From positions 6,643 to 70,642 of IMG/VR virus record IMGVR_UViG_3300023237_000012: a DNA stretch of 64,000 nt; one strand, written 5' to 3'. The notes beneath the pieces were generated by a model. It was not told the DNA's origin. It saw only the letters and a program-made list of their open reading frames with translations, and made no database searches. Both the position numbers and the translations under genes were made by a program. Origin of the DNA: a virus. Shown piece after piece: positions 49,079 through 58,546 of this stretch. The stretch's first letter is position 1, and each line of letters opens with the position of its first letter.

Positions 49079-51607
49079 TTAAATTAATACGATCGTAAGT
49101 TCACATTCATTATCATTGTAGTATATGGTTCCAACTGGATGTGTTGCTGAAGTTAATACTCCTGCATTTCTACAGAAGTCTTTAATATTCAAGCAGTTTA
49201 CATGAGTAGTACATGCTGACACTGTGGTAATACACTCCCCTACAATATGAGCAGTACTACAAGTTGCACAATTATTACATCCTCCAGAAATAGAAGTATA
49301 GTCTGCAGTAATAACATTGTTACACCCTCCAGCAATTACAGATGCTATAGAATTACTACATATTTCATTATTATGTCCACCGCCAATGGTTGAATAGCAG
49401 CTTGCTATTGTATTGCTACGCCCTCCACCAATAAATGAGTATGGCGCAGTTTCAATAGTTGTATTATTAGACCCACCTACAACTGACGTATGGGAGCTAC
49501 CTGCTATGTTTTCTTTACCACCTAAAATGCTAGAGTAGTCCTGAATAGTACAGTTACTACTCCCACCACCTATGATCGACACATTACCAGTTGCGGTATT
49601 CAAACATCCCCCAGCAATAACCGTTGCATAGCCTGATGCTGTATTAATTTCCCCACCTCCAACCGTGGCACTATTACCTAAAGCTGTATTTGTATTACCA
49701 CCACCTATTGTTGATTGATAGCCTGATGCTGTATTAATTTTCCCACCGCCAACCGTGGCACTATTACTTGAAGCTATATTCCCATAACCCCCACCAATTG
49801 TTGCATAATACTTTGTCACATTATTTCCCGAACCACCACCAATTGTTGAGCTATTACCTAAAGCTGTATTACTTTTACCACCACCTATTGTTGAGAAATT
49901 CTGTGTCACATTATTTCCCGTACCACCACTTATTGTTGTGCTATCACCTGATGCTGTATTTGTATTACCACCACCAACTGTTGAGTTATTACCTAAAGCT
50001 ATATTCCCATAACCCCCACTTATAGTTGCGCAATTGCCAACTGTACAATTACTACCACCACCACCTATTGTTGATTGATAGCCTGATGCTGTATTAATTT
50101 TCCCACCGCCAACCGTGGCACTATTACCTGAAGCTTCATTAGAATAACCCCCACCAATTGTTGCATAATACTCTGTCACATTATTTCCCGTACCACCACT
50201 TATTGTTGTGCTATCACCTGATGCTGTATTTGTATTACCACCACCAACTGTTGAGTTATTACCTAAAGCTATATTCCCATAACCCCCACTTATAGTTGAG
50301 TAAGTACCCTTAGATGCTTCATTATTACAACCACCACCTACTGCTGCATAGTGAGCTACTATTACATTATTACAACCACCACCAATAGAAGATGCAATAC
50401 CAGTAATAGAATTACAATAACCACCACTAACTGTTGATTCGTTGCCTGCAATTATATTTTCTCTACCTCCACCAATAGATGAACGAAACCCAGATACACT
50501 GTTATCTCTCCCTCCACTAATAGTCGTGGAACACTCTGATGCTGTATTATTTCTCCCACCACCTATTGTAGAATATTGTCCTGATGCTGTATTATTTCTC
50601 CCACCACTAACTGTTGCAAAATCTATAGTTGAACTATTACTACATCCACCACTTACTACTGAACAATTTCCATCTGTCGTATTATTAGTTCCTCCACTTA
50701 ATGTTGAATAATCTCCTACTGAGGGAGTATTTCCAATTCTGTGAGTTGAGCCTATACCGCTATTGTCATCAAATAATACATTAGCACCTACGATAGTTGA
50801 CGGATCAACTGGTTGGTATTCACTTGAACCTGCTACCCATTGTAGAATATACCCGTTTGCGTTACCTGTAAGATCTACATCTATTAAATCGTCAATGGTT
50901 GGATTTCCACCATTAATATTTGCTAACTCAATAGCCGATTCATTTAACGAATATTCAATATTATCCTGGAGTGTTGTGCTTACTGATAGAATTGTACTTC
51001 CAGTATTTACAGCAGTAAATCCCCTAAGCTGTATATTTACACCATTCATTCCAGCGTAAACATCTTCATGAGTACCTATGCCAATATTTTCTCCTCTGTT
51101 AGCTTCTCCTACAGAACCTAAACTATCAATTCGAACACTTTGACTATTTATATCATGTAAGATTGCAATTCCTGATCCAGCCACAAGTTTAAGTGTATCA
51201 TTAGGATTAGATGATTCGATAAGTGCATTTAAACCTCCGTTCCAAACTGCAGGAACAGTACTGTTAATTAGAAATTTCCCAAATGAATCAGCACCTAGAA
51301 CATTCAAATCTCCAGTTCCAATTCCACCGATAAGATCCCATTCATGTATAAGGAACACTCCCTGTGTAGTTCTCCTATTAGCTCTCCACCAAACTAAATG
51401 CTGTTCTCCGTCATTCCCAGTTGGAGTAACTTGCCCGGTTGCTGGTTCTACTTCTACGGGATGATAGACAATATTTCCTTCTTCGTAAATGCGGCGGTCA
51501 ATCCAAGGATTAGCTACCATTCTGAAGTTAGTGTCTACTTCTCCATTGAACAACTCTCGTTGCTCTTGAGTTCTAAATAAGATATATTCTTGGAGATTGA
51601 ATGTCAT
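49079..51607 (-). CDS. Tail fibre/adhesin with 15-aa Gly-rich beta-roll repeats
   Basis: About 30 x-S-T-[IV]-[SG]-G-G-x-x-N units; Cys-rich distal end; N-terminal attachment domain. Confidence 0.75.
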   Translation of the reverse strand: MTFNLQEYILFRTQEQRELFNGEVDTNFRMVANPWIDRRIYEEGNIVYHPVEVEPATGQVTPTGNDGEQHLVWWRANRRTTQGVFLIHEWDLIGGIGTGDLNVLGADSFGKFLINSTVPAVWNGGLNALIESSNPNDTLKLVAGSGIAILHDINSQSVRIDSLGSVGEANRGENIGIGTHEDVYAGMNGVNIQLRGFTAVNTGSTILSVSTTLQDNIEYSLNESAIELANINGGNPTIDDLIDVDLTGNANGYILQWVAGSSEYQPVDPSTIVGANVLFDDNSGIGSTHRIGNTPSVGDYSTLSGGTNNTTDGNCSVVSGGCSNSSTIDFATVSGGRNNTASGQYSTIGGGRNNTASECSTTISGGRDNSVSGFRSSIGGGRENIIAGNESTVSGGYCNSITGIASSIGGGCNNVIVAHYAAVGGGCNNEASKGTYSTISGGYGNIALGNNSTVGGGNTNTASGDSTTISGGTGNNVTEYYATIGGGYSNEASGNSATVGGGKINTASGYQSTIGGGGSNCTVGNCATISGGYGNIALGNNSTVGGGNTNTASGDSTTISGGTGNNVTQNFSTIGGGKSNTALGNSSTIGGGSGNNVTKYYATIGGGYGNIASSNSATVGGGKINTASGYQSTIGGGNTNTALGNSATVGGGEINTASGYATVIAGGCLNTATGNVSIIGGGSSNCTIQDYSSILGGKENIAGSSHTSVVGGSNNTTIETAPYSFIGGGRSNTIASCYSTIGGGHNNEICSNSIASVIAGGCNNVITADYTSISGGCNNCATCSTAHIVGECITTVSACTTHVNCLNIKDFCRNAGVLTSATHPVGTIYYNDNECELTIVLI
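49698..50298. repeat. Exact internal duplications within the fibre repeat array
   Basis: 49904-50028 = 50174-50298 (offset 270); about 49698-49768 = 50058-50128 (offset 360); both offsets are multiples of 45 bp. Confidence 0.85.
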
Positions 51608-51684
51608 GTTAAATTTTATTTGAATATTACACCAGACTGATCTCGTTGTAATCTTTAATGTATTCTATTGTATTTATTTGTAAG

Positions 51685-52281
51685 TTATAATGTACTTGGT
51701 GGATTTACTATTGGAGGCTTCTTTTGAATAGGTGTTTGAGTGTATGGAAAGCGATACTGATTAGTACTATCTGTGAATGCTTCTCTTAATGATTTCAAGT
51801 ACCAAGTATTTTCTGACCATCCTGGCTCAGCATAGCACGGTGAGTAAATTCCGGTAATGTATATAGCCTTAAGCTCAGAGTAGAACTTTAGGTATTCTGT
51901 TAATGTCTTATTGAGGAACGTTATCTGTCGTTCAGATAATACTTCTCGTTGAGCGTTCCTTTGAATGTCAAACGAAACACCTTGATCTACATTTAAGTTA
52001 CCAAGAACATCAGTTACTTTATATGTAGTTGTAAAGTCGTAAATATCACTCGTGGCTCTGAAGAATTGAATACCACAAACATCCCCTAGATTACAATTAT
52101 TTATTGGAATGTAATTTTCATCATAGTTCATCTGCATTGCAGAGTAATCTGCAAAGTCAACGAATTCATGCCTAGTTCTATCGAAGAAATCTACCTTAAC
52201 TTCAGTAAGATATATTCTATGCTTACGAAGATAGTCAGTAAAGTCAAGAGCAAGCTTAAAAGTTAGAGCCTCTATTATCAA
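51685..52281 (-). CDS. Hypothetical late protein upstream of the fibre
   Basis: 198 aa, TTG start, promoter at 52298-52305. Confidence 0.55.
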   Translation of the reverse strand: MIIEALTFKLALDFTDYLRKHRIYLTEVKVDFFDRTRHEFVDFADYSAMQMNYDENYIPINNCNLGDVCGIQFFRATSDIYDFTTTYKVTDVLGNLNVDQGVSFDIQRNAQREVLSERQITFLNKTLTEYLKFYSELKAIYITGIYSPCYAEPGWSENTWYLKSLREAFTDSTNQYRFPYTQTPIQKKPPIVNPPSTL

Positions 52282-52324
52282 AGTTAGCTGTTTATTATAT
52301 ATATCAGCTAACCCAAACAGTAAA

Positions 52325-52804
52325 TTACTTCACTTGGCGGAGTGTAATTCCAAGACGTTCGATGTTATTTATTAGATTATCTGACCAATCGCATTTGTCA
52401 TAAGTATCTAAGTAAACGATTTCTTTTATTCCAGATTGGATAAGTAAGAGTAGGCAAGCGTTACATGGTTGTAAGCTACAATAACATATACATCCATCCA
52501 CTTCGATACCATGCTTAGCTGCAACTGCTATTGCGTTCTGTTCTCCGTGTATTTCATTAGCGCGTGACCAAACATGATGTTCATCTCTTTCCCAATCGTC
52601 ATCAAATACATCACAGCAATTCTTAGCACCTTTGAGTGTTCCATTATAGCCAGTTGAAATAATACGTCCATCTCTAACTATAAGTGTTGCAACTTGACGT
52701 GAAACACATTTAGATTCTTTACGTAGTTCTTTAAGTACTCTTATAAAAAAATCTTCTTTCATTGTCGTACTGTTTGAATGTTTATAAATGACCGTCTTTG
52801 CCAA
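52325..52804 (-). CDS. dCMP deaminase
   Basis: ISTGYNG, HGEQNAI, PCNAC; true start may be MKEDFF. Confidence 0.9.
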   Translation of the reverse strand: MAKTVIYKHSNSTTMKEDFFIRVLKELRKESKCVSRQVATLIVRDGRIISTGYNGTLKGAKNCCDVFDDDWERDEHHVWSRANEIHGEQNAIAVAAKHGIEVDGCICYCSLQPCNACLLLLIQSGIKEIVYLDTYDKCDWSDNLINNIERLGITLRQVK

Positions 52805-53031
52805 TTCCTATTGCCATAAATCTGAGTATCTCTTATTGCCATCATAATTACATCGACGGTACGATCAGGTGTAGCTAATATTTCAACTTGTTTTGATGTA
52901 GCTCTCTGTATGGTTTTTTCTACACTATCACATACTAAAGAACACATGCCCAAATGCTTTTCGATTAGGTTCATGTTAATCATTATCGACTTACTCTTAA
53001 AGTCTATCTTTATATCTTTAAAACTGCTCAT
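52759..53031 (-). CDS. Hypothetical protein
   Basis: ORF track only. Confidence 0.4.
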   Translation of the reverse strand: MSSFKDIKIDFKSKSIMINMNLIEKHLGMCSLVCDSVEKTIQRATSKQVEILATPDRTVDVIMMAIRDTQIYGNRNWQRRSFINIQTVRQ

Positions 53032-53210
53032 AGTACTGTAATAAGTCCAATTAGTATTGTAATCTATATGAATATCCTATTCTAAAATTCTATAACTACA
53101 ATTCATTTACATTATAGCAAAAACTAAAAATTTCTGAAACTAATCATTACATAGCAATCCTATCGCAAATTCTAACTCATAGCTCAATACATAAAATAAA
53201 ACAAACTAAC

Positions 53211-53351
53211 ATGGAAATATTAAAAGTATCAATGGAAGAAGCAACTGGGCTAGTTACCGTTGTCTTTCACGCAGAGAAAGTATTAGAAGCAAAGGCATTC
53301 TTCAAAGAATTATTTGGAGATGAAAGGGAAGAACAACCTTATCACAAGTAA
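53211..53351 (+). CDS. 46-aa ORF in a lone plus-strand unit
   Basis: Manual translation MEILKVSMEEATGLVTVVFHAEKVLEAKAFFKELFGDEREEQPYHK; A-rich leader; terminator downstream. Confidence 0.5.
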   Translation: MEILKVSMEEATGLVTVVFHAEKVLEAKAFFKELFGDEREEQPYHK

Positions 53352-53562
53352 TTCCAACAGCAGCAATGTGGAATGTGCAACTGCATGCCATGTACATGTG
53401 GAACAACAGGAGAACCTTATTACGAGCAGGCATAGATGACATCAACAGAAGATAAAGACATCACCTGATAATATGCTAGGCGAGGATTACAAAGAAGAAT
53501 ACACTGACCCCTTAGCTACAGATAAGATGTAAGCATAACACTTCATCAGCATTTAAGCATAG

Positions 53563-53592
53563 AAAAGGATCCTCAAATTGAGGATCCTTTTC
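53563..53592. terminator. Bidirectional intrinsic terminator
   Basis: AAAAGGATCCTC-AAATT-GAGGATCCTTTT between converging units. Confidence 0.85.
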
Positions 53593-53604
53593 AGAGTGAT
53601 ATTC

Positions 53605-54918
53605 TTAAACGTCCCTCTTTCCTTCGTATACATGTTTCTTAGCTGGGAATCGTAAACTAAACCCACCTTTCTGCGAAGTCGTTTCTTCAAAGTATTGTAC
53701 GGTTATTAGTTTTCCAATCAATTCTTCTGGACATTCATGGTAGTAAATACGCTCCTCTTTCGACCAGCCTGTTCCTACACCTACTTCGCAGCCTTTATGA
53801 AGAATTACGGCTTTTGCCAAACATTCGTATTCATATTCAACGCCATCTTCTAACCATCGCATCAGCGCCATCTCTGTGCCAACTATCTCGTATTCTGCGT
53901 CAAACATTTTCTTAACTTTCAGAAGGTTCTTACTTCGCTTTCCTTCGTAAGGTGCGTTAGCTCTTAACATTGATCCTTCCCATCCTTCTTTCTCAACAAT
54001 TATTGCCATCTTCGCGAAGTTTTCTTCCGTTGCTTCAAGCTGTTCAAGATACTTAATCACCTTTCCACTAACTCCTGGTGATGATAGTGCTATTTCCGCA
54101 GCTTCGTAGCGTTCAGACAGCAACCGAGTTGTACCAATACCTTCTGTGTCAAATTCGTTCAAGGTTAACATATCGAATACGATATACATTGGATTTTGAA
54201 TTGTATGATCTTTCTTTTTGTATTCCTTCATAATAGCGGTGAAATCTTCGTTGCCATCTTTATCCACAATGCAGATTTCACCGTCAAACACAAAATCTCC
54301 AGGAATCTTTAATACCTCGTCTGCAACCCTTTGGAGTGTATAGAAGGTTAAACCTTTACGAGAATAGAATGTTACGATTCCATTTTCTTTTCTACATACA
54401 CATCTTATGCCGTCGAGTTTTCTACTTAAGAACCACTGTTCTAATTCGAAGTTTACATATTTTGAATCATATCGTTGGGCAAGTGCAACATTGAATGTTG
54501 GAACAGAACCAGGAATAGCTTTGTTGATAATTGAAGCAGATGCTCTCATTTTAAGATCACCGCCAAGAACAAGAAGGAATGCAGCGGCTTGTTCAGGTGT
54601 TAACTCCTGTAAGAAGTAATTCACTACACCGATTGCATTATATCCGCTAATATGTCTTTGGTCAAGCGCATCAAGTAGTTCAAACATATCTGAATACCTA
54701 CCAGCAAAATACTTACCAGAATGTTTGATGAGTGACTTTTCAGTAACGTTGTATGTTTTGTATGGAGTATATGTATATCTCATACATTTGATGAGTTCGA
54801 TATCTTCAGCGTATTTCCCGATGATCTCCTGCTTAATTTTCCCACTTGACGTTGATGATACGTTAGTCGTAAATTCGTGGAGTCTCTGAAGTATCGCCTT
54901 TGTGTTTTCGTTTACCAT
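53605..54918 (-). CDS. ATP-dependent DNA ligase
   Basis: KLDGIR, VFDGEI, YIVFD, EGSMLR, LLKVKK, SLRFP. Confidence 0.93.
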   Translation of the reverse strand: MVNENTKAILQRLHEFTTNVSSTSSGKIKQEIIGKYAEDIELIKCMRYTYTPYKTYNVTEKSLIKHSGKYFAGRYSDMFELLDALDQRHISGYNAIGVVNYFLQELTPEQAAAFLLVLGGDLKMRASASIINKAIPGSVPTFNVALAQRYDSKYVNFELEQWFLSRKLDGIRCVCRKENGIVTFYSRKGLTFYTLQRVADEVLKIPGDFVFDGEICIVDKDGNEDFTAIMKEYKKKDHTIQNPMYIVFDMLTLNEFDTEGIGTTRLLSERYEAAEIALSSPGVSGKVIKYLEQLEATEENFAKMAIIVEKEGWEGSMLRANAPYEGKRSKNLLKVKKMFDAEYEIVGTEMALMRWLEDGVEYEYECLAKAVILHKGCEVGVGTGWSKEERIYYHECPEELIGKLITVQYFEETTSQKGGFSLRFPAKKHVYEGKRDV

Positions 54919-54943
54919 TGTTGTTTGATTTTTAGTACACTAG

Positions 54944-54982
54944 AATATAACTCATATTTGTCTAGTTCATTGGACAAATATG
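54944..54982 (-). promoter_or_regulatory. Putative early/middle promoter with a 10-bp inverted repeat
   Basis: CATATTTGTCC-N21-TTATATT, same spacing as at 55522-55560; palindrome CATATTTGTC/GACAAATATG. Confidence 0.5.
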
Positions 54983-55162
54983 TTATTTTAATCTTGGCCA
55001 CTTTCGTATCCAAATCATAATCATCCCATTTTTAATTACTCCCTCAATGTACACACTATGTACACAAACATAGTCCCAAAGAAGATCTATCTCGTATAGA
55101 TATTGCAAGTAAAATATGTACCAACATATGTCATTAAGAATAGTATGTATGAACTCAAACAT
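54983..55162 (-). CDS. Small hypothetical protein
   Basis: ATG 55160-55162 lies just inside the end of the SWIM gene. Confidence 0.3.
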   Translation of the reverse strand: MFEFIHTILNDICWYIFYLQYLYEIDLLWDYVCVHSVYIEGVIKNGMIMIWIRKWPRLK

Positions 55163-55502
55163 CGGCTTTAAGTGTATCGATGTGCTTACATTTTCTACGA
55201 AATCCAAATCCTGGACAAGTACAGCCCCAATTCATATTGAGAAAGCTTACAATGTATTCTTTACCTTTGCTTCCAGGTACAGACCATATATCACCTTTCG
55301 GAACAACTACAGCTTCTTTGGCTTTAAACGTTCTCCATCGAGATTCGATGTCTTTGCGTGTAACGTCATCTGTAACAAGATACCAACCACCACCAGGATA
55401 AACCACATAGCGCCCACTTCGAGGATTGACGAAATTTGGGGGCATCGGATGCTTCACAATTGGAAGCTTTTTAATTGTCTTTCTTGTGTATGTTATTTCC
55501 AT
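55155..55502 (-). CDS. SWIM zinc-finger protein
   Basis: GSKGKEYIV..CTCPGFGFRRKCKH. Confidence 0.8.
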   Translation of the reverse strand: MEITYTRKTIKKLPIVKHPMPPNFVNPRSGRYVVYPGGGWYLVTDDVTRKDIESRWRTFKAKEAVVVPKGDIWSVPGSKGKEYIVSFLNMNWGCTCPGFGFRRKCKHIDTLKADV

Positions 55503-55521
55503 GTTGTTTTATTACATACAT

Positions 55522-55560
55522 AATATAATCAATTAAAACGACAACCTACGGACAAATATG
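55522..55560 (-). promoter_or_regulatory. Putative early/middle promoter
   Basis: Second copy of CATATTTGTCC-N21-TTATATT. Confidence 0.5.
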
Positions 55561-55623
55561 AACTTTATGAATCTAAAGATTCTTGAAAGAACTCTATTGC
55601 ACCGTTAGTAGAAATTTTCGTAT

Positions 55624-55824
55624 TCAGCTTTTTAGTAATATGTCTTCATCTTTTTTCTGTTTACCAATTTCTGCTAGCTTATTTAAAAGTCCAGAGTCAC
55701 CAGCGTTCAGGGTAACTTTAACAAAATTCCACTTGCTTACAATAAGCATAAGAAAGACAACACCTATAAAATGTACCCAACTTCCGAATATAAATTCTAA
55801 TACTTCAATCATATTCTTCTTCAA
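55624..55824 (-). CDS. Small membrane protein
   Basis: MIEVLEFIFGSWVHFIGVVFLMLIV hydrophobic helix. Confidence 0.55.
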   Translation of the reverse strand: MKKNMIEVLEFIFGSWVHFIGVVFLMLIVSKWNFVKVTLNAGDSGLLNKLAEIGKQKKDEDILLKS

Positions 55825-56065
55825 TTTTTAGTTTAAGACCAGCAAGATTACTACACTTTTCAAATTCATCTCTACCTTCAAAATGTTCTATCATCTGGTT
55901 CATGCTTTTCACTTTCTCTTCAAGTGTACTTTCTTCATGTTCTATAAGTTGCTCTGGGTACGCAATCACTGTGTCATAGCATACATCCATATAATGATTC
56001 ATATCTCTACGCTGAATTTCATCTAGCAACTTATTCACTTTATTCCTGTCCTTCTCTTCCATCAA
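55805..56065 (-). CDS. Small protein with UVR-like C-terminal helix pair
   Basis: HFEGRDEFEKCSNLAGLK. Confidence 0.55.
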   Translation of the reverse strand: MMEEKDRNKVNKLLDEIQRRDMNHYMDVCYDTVIAYPEQLIEHEESTLEEKVKSMNQMIEHFEGRDEFEKCSNLAGLKLKIEEEYD

Positions 56066-56864
56066 TATGTTCTTTCACTTTTTTGAGAGATGTCTTTTCT
56101 TCTATTGATAATTCTGTTGGAATTTTAACAACGACAGTAAGATACAGATCTCCTTGTTCTTTTGGCTTATTCATTATTGGCCAGCCTTTGCCCTTAAGTC
56201 TTAAAGTTGCACCATTCTGTGTTCCTTCAGGAATTGTATATTTAATAGATTTATCAAAAATCTTAATGTGGACCTCAGCTCCTAAGATAGCATCAAACAC
56301 ATCTATGCTTTGAAGTGTATGAAGACCAATATTGTCAAGATAGAATGATTCGTTCTCTTGGATTAGAATCTCTAGAATTAAATCACCATTAAGATCTTCT
56401 GTTGCTCCTCGTTGGCCATATCCCTTTATTCTTAGCTTTTGTCCGTTTACGACTCCAGCTGGAATTTTAACATCGACAAGTCTTAAGCCAATATTCATTC
56501 CTTTAGTTGATCCGAAATACGCGTCCTCGATAGGGATGATCATATTGTAAGTAGTATTACGACCCTTACGATTATTCCCACCGTACTTAGCATCAAACTC
56601 TTCTCTCCAATTTCCAGGATTTCCACCACTAAATCGTGCGAATAAATCTCCAAAGCCAAATTCTCCATAAGATGAACCAAATGGGCTGCTACTTTTAGCT
56701 TTTGGATTTGTAAGCAAATCGTATGCTTCTGCGGCTTCTTTAAACTTATCTTCATCACCACCCTTATCTGGGTGATGTTCTTTTGCCATTTTCCGATAAG
56801 CCTTCTTTATCTCTTCAAGTGTTGCACTCTTTTCAACTCCTAATATAGAATGTGGATCTTTCAT
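56040..56864 (-). CDS. dnaJ: DnaJ-family co-chaperone (class II, no Zn finger)
   Basis: J-domain with HPD, G/F region, two C-terminal domains (KIPAGV..LRIKGYG; IPEGTQNG..LRLKGKG). Confidence 0.92.
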   Translation of the reverse strand: MKDPHSILGVEKSATLEEIKKAYRKMAKEHHPDKGGDEDKFKEAAEAYDLLTNPKAKSSSPFGSSYGEFGFGDLFARFSGGNPGNWREEFDAKYGGNNRKGRNTTYNMIIPIEDAYFGSTKGMNIGLRLVDVKIPAGVVNGQKLRIKGYGQRGATEDLNGDLILEILIQENESFYLDNIGLHTLQSIDVFDAILGAEVHIKIFDKSIKYTIPEGTQNGATLRLKGKGWPIMNKPKEQGDLYLTVVVKIPTELSIEEKTSLKKVKEHIDGREGQE

Positions 56865-57205
56865 TTAACAAATGCTTGTATTAATATGATGCAAAATGAT
56901 AACAGTAGACATAAACCGTTTTTAAGATTAAGTGTTTCTCCAGACAGATATAAAGTAAGTATTAAGAATATTACCATACCAACACCATAACCAACTAACC
57001 GCATTGACCAAAGCGATTGTTCAAATATGATATACGCATATCGTTGATAATTAATAAATAGCCACGAAACTGGAAATGCAAATGCGATAGCTACGATGAT
57101 ATGATGATCTCTAAACTCATCCCATATAAATTGACCATTAAGTTGAAACCAAACTAAAATCTGAGCAGCTACTAAAGAAAGTAGTGCGTAGATAATATTA
57201 GTCAT
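56861..57205 (-). CDS. Four-TM membrane protein (SMR/DMT-like)
   Basis: Four hydrophobic segments; GETLNLKNGL. Confidence 0.55.
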   Translation of the reverse strand: MTNIIYALLSLVAAQILVWFQLNGQFIWDEFRDHHIIVAIAFAFPVSWLFINYQRYAYIIFEQSLWSMRLVGYGVGMVIFLILTLYLSGETLNLKNGLCLLLSFCIILIQAFVK

Positions 57206-57479
57206 TGGTGTCTAAATAAAATTCGTAGCCTTCACCCTGAAAATATCGGAAATGATTATCAAGTTGAGTTGCAATAAGTAACCCAATCTTCTCTACTCCA
57301 AGTACTTTGCCCCTACGAACATCTTCAGATAAATCCATAAACCATTTCTCTGATTTACTTTTCCATTTATATCTCATGCATTTCCAAGACTTAGGCTTTT
57401 TCATATAGCATTCCTCTCCTCGATCTAATGCTGCCCTGAAATACTTCTTACTTACTAATACTAGATTTTTGTTGCTCAT
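57198..57479 (-). CDS. Hypothetical protein
   Basis: ORF in a coupled operon. Confidence 0.5.
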   Translation of the reverse strand: MSNKNLVLVSKKYFRAALDRGEECYMKKPKSWKCMRYKWKSKSEKWFMDLSEDVRRGKVLGVEKIGLLIATQLDNHFRYFQGEGYEFYLDTND

Positions 57480-57663
57480 TTAACTTGAATTTTTCGTTTT
57501 TCAACGTCGTTAGTAAAATCTTTTCTTCAATTGCGAACTTTCGCTTCTCTCTAATATTAGATTCTTCCATCTGTTTTGCTATCTGTCCAAGTGAATCTGC
57601 TATACGAGGTATATCAACTTCAGTTAGCTTTTTCCAATTTTGAGATCTGAAATACTCTGCCAT
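57448..57663 (-). CDS. Hypothetical protein
   Basis: ORF track; first gene of the operon. Confidence 0.5.
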   Translation of the reverse strand: MAEYFRSQNWKKLTEVDIPRIADSLGQIAKQMEESNIREKRKFAIEEKILLTTLKNEKFKLNEQQKSSISK

Positions 57664-57775
57664 GATTTAACTCTTTTAGATATAATATATATATGGACTA
57701 TTTTTTAGCAATGAAGTGGCACAAACGATAAGTTTATATCATCTTGTATATATATAGTAACAAAACTAAATTTAA

Positions 57776-58072
57776 ATGAAACAAACGTCATCTACAAAAA
57801 TTCCATTATTTGAAGAATTTCAAGTAGCAGGGTTTGGTCCAGCTAATCAAACTGTATCATATTCTACCGGTGGGAGTACACCAACTACAGGATATAGTAT
57901 GCAGCCTATTGTAGGCCAAGTAAACGAAGTATGTGAATCTGCTACAAACGAAGCGTGTTCATATGAAGACAATGAAAACCCAGAACATAATGGAGATAGT
58001 TATATTGTAGAAGCTAAGAAATATGTCTGTGATAAGATAGACGAATCATACAAAAAGAAAAAGACATGGTAA
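57776..58072 (+). CDS. Tagged acidic small protein
   Basis: KIPLFEEF near the N-terminus; TATATATATA at 57747-57756. Confidence 0.65.
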   Translation: MKQTSSTKIPLFEEFQVAGFGPANQTVSYSTGGSTPTTGYSMQPIVGQVNEVCESATNEACSYEDNENPEHNGDSYIVEAKKYVCDKIDESYKKKKTW

Positions 58073-58317
58073 ACTTACCAGCGTTTGAAGAATTTAATAA
58101 TCTGAATGAATCAGATGGCTTCGATCCTAAAGATGCGTCAATGCGGCTTAAGAGTAAAGCAGCAGATAACATTCGTAGATATAGAGTTGCACAAGAGAAA
58201 GGTGATAACTATGCTATTAAGAGATATGAACTTCTGCTACAACTTGATACGGTAGAAGAGAAAGGACTTAAGATTAAAACTGAGCTCCACCGCCTAAAAG
58301 AAAAATTCAAAAAATGA
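58066..58317 (+). CDS. Tagged small helical protein
   Basis: MVNLPAFEEFNNLNES. Confidence 0.65.
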   Translation: MVNLPAFEEFNNLNESDGFDPKDASMRLKSKAADNIRRYRVAQEKGDNYAIKRYELLLQLDTVEEKGLKIKTELHRLKEKFKK

Positions 58318-58544
58318 CCGACAAGCAACAATCAGAGTTAGATCGTATCAGACACTACACTGGAACTGTCAAAGACTTTAAAAGCTTTTGGGATGAACAA
58401 GCAGGTGGAGAAACTAACGCATTCGGTACTCCTGAAAAGCAAGGCTATGAAATTCATCCAACGAGAGATGATGTAGATAGTGACCATTGGAAAGACATTA
58501 AAACAAATGAAGGCTTTCTTCCAATGTTCGAAGATTTTAGGTAA
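58314..58544 (+). CDS. Small protein with C-terminal tag
   Basis: Ends KTNEGFLPMFEDFR; ATGA coupling with the upstream gene. Confidence 0.6.
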   Translation: MTDKQQSELDRIRHYTGTVKDFKSFWDEQAGGETNAFGTPEKQGYEIHPTRDDVDSDHWKDIKTNEGFLPMFEDFR

Positions 58545-58546
58545 CT

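Noticed and set aside
49560-50720. CRISPR array or DGR template/variable repeat pair
   Set aside because: Repeats are in-frame 45-bp coding units without unique spacers; duplicated blocks are identical rather than adenine-mutated; no cas or reverse transcriptase gene in the window
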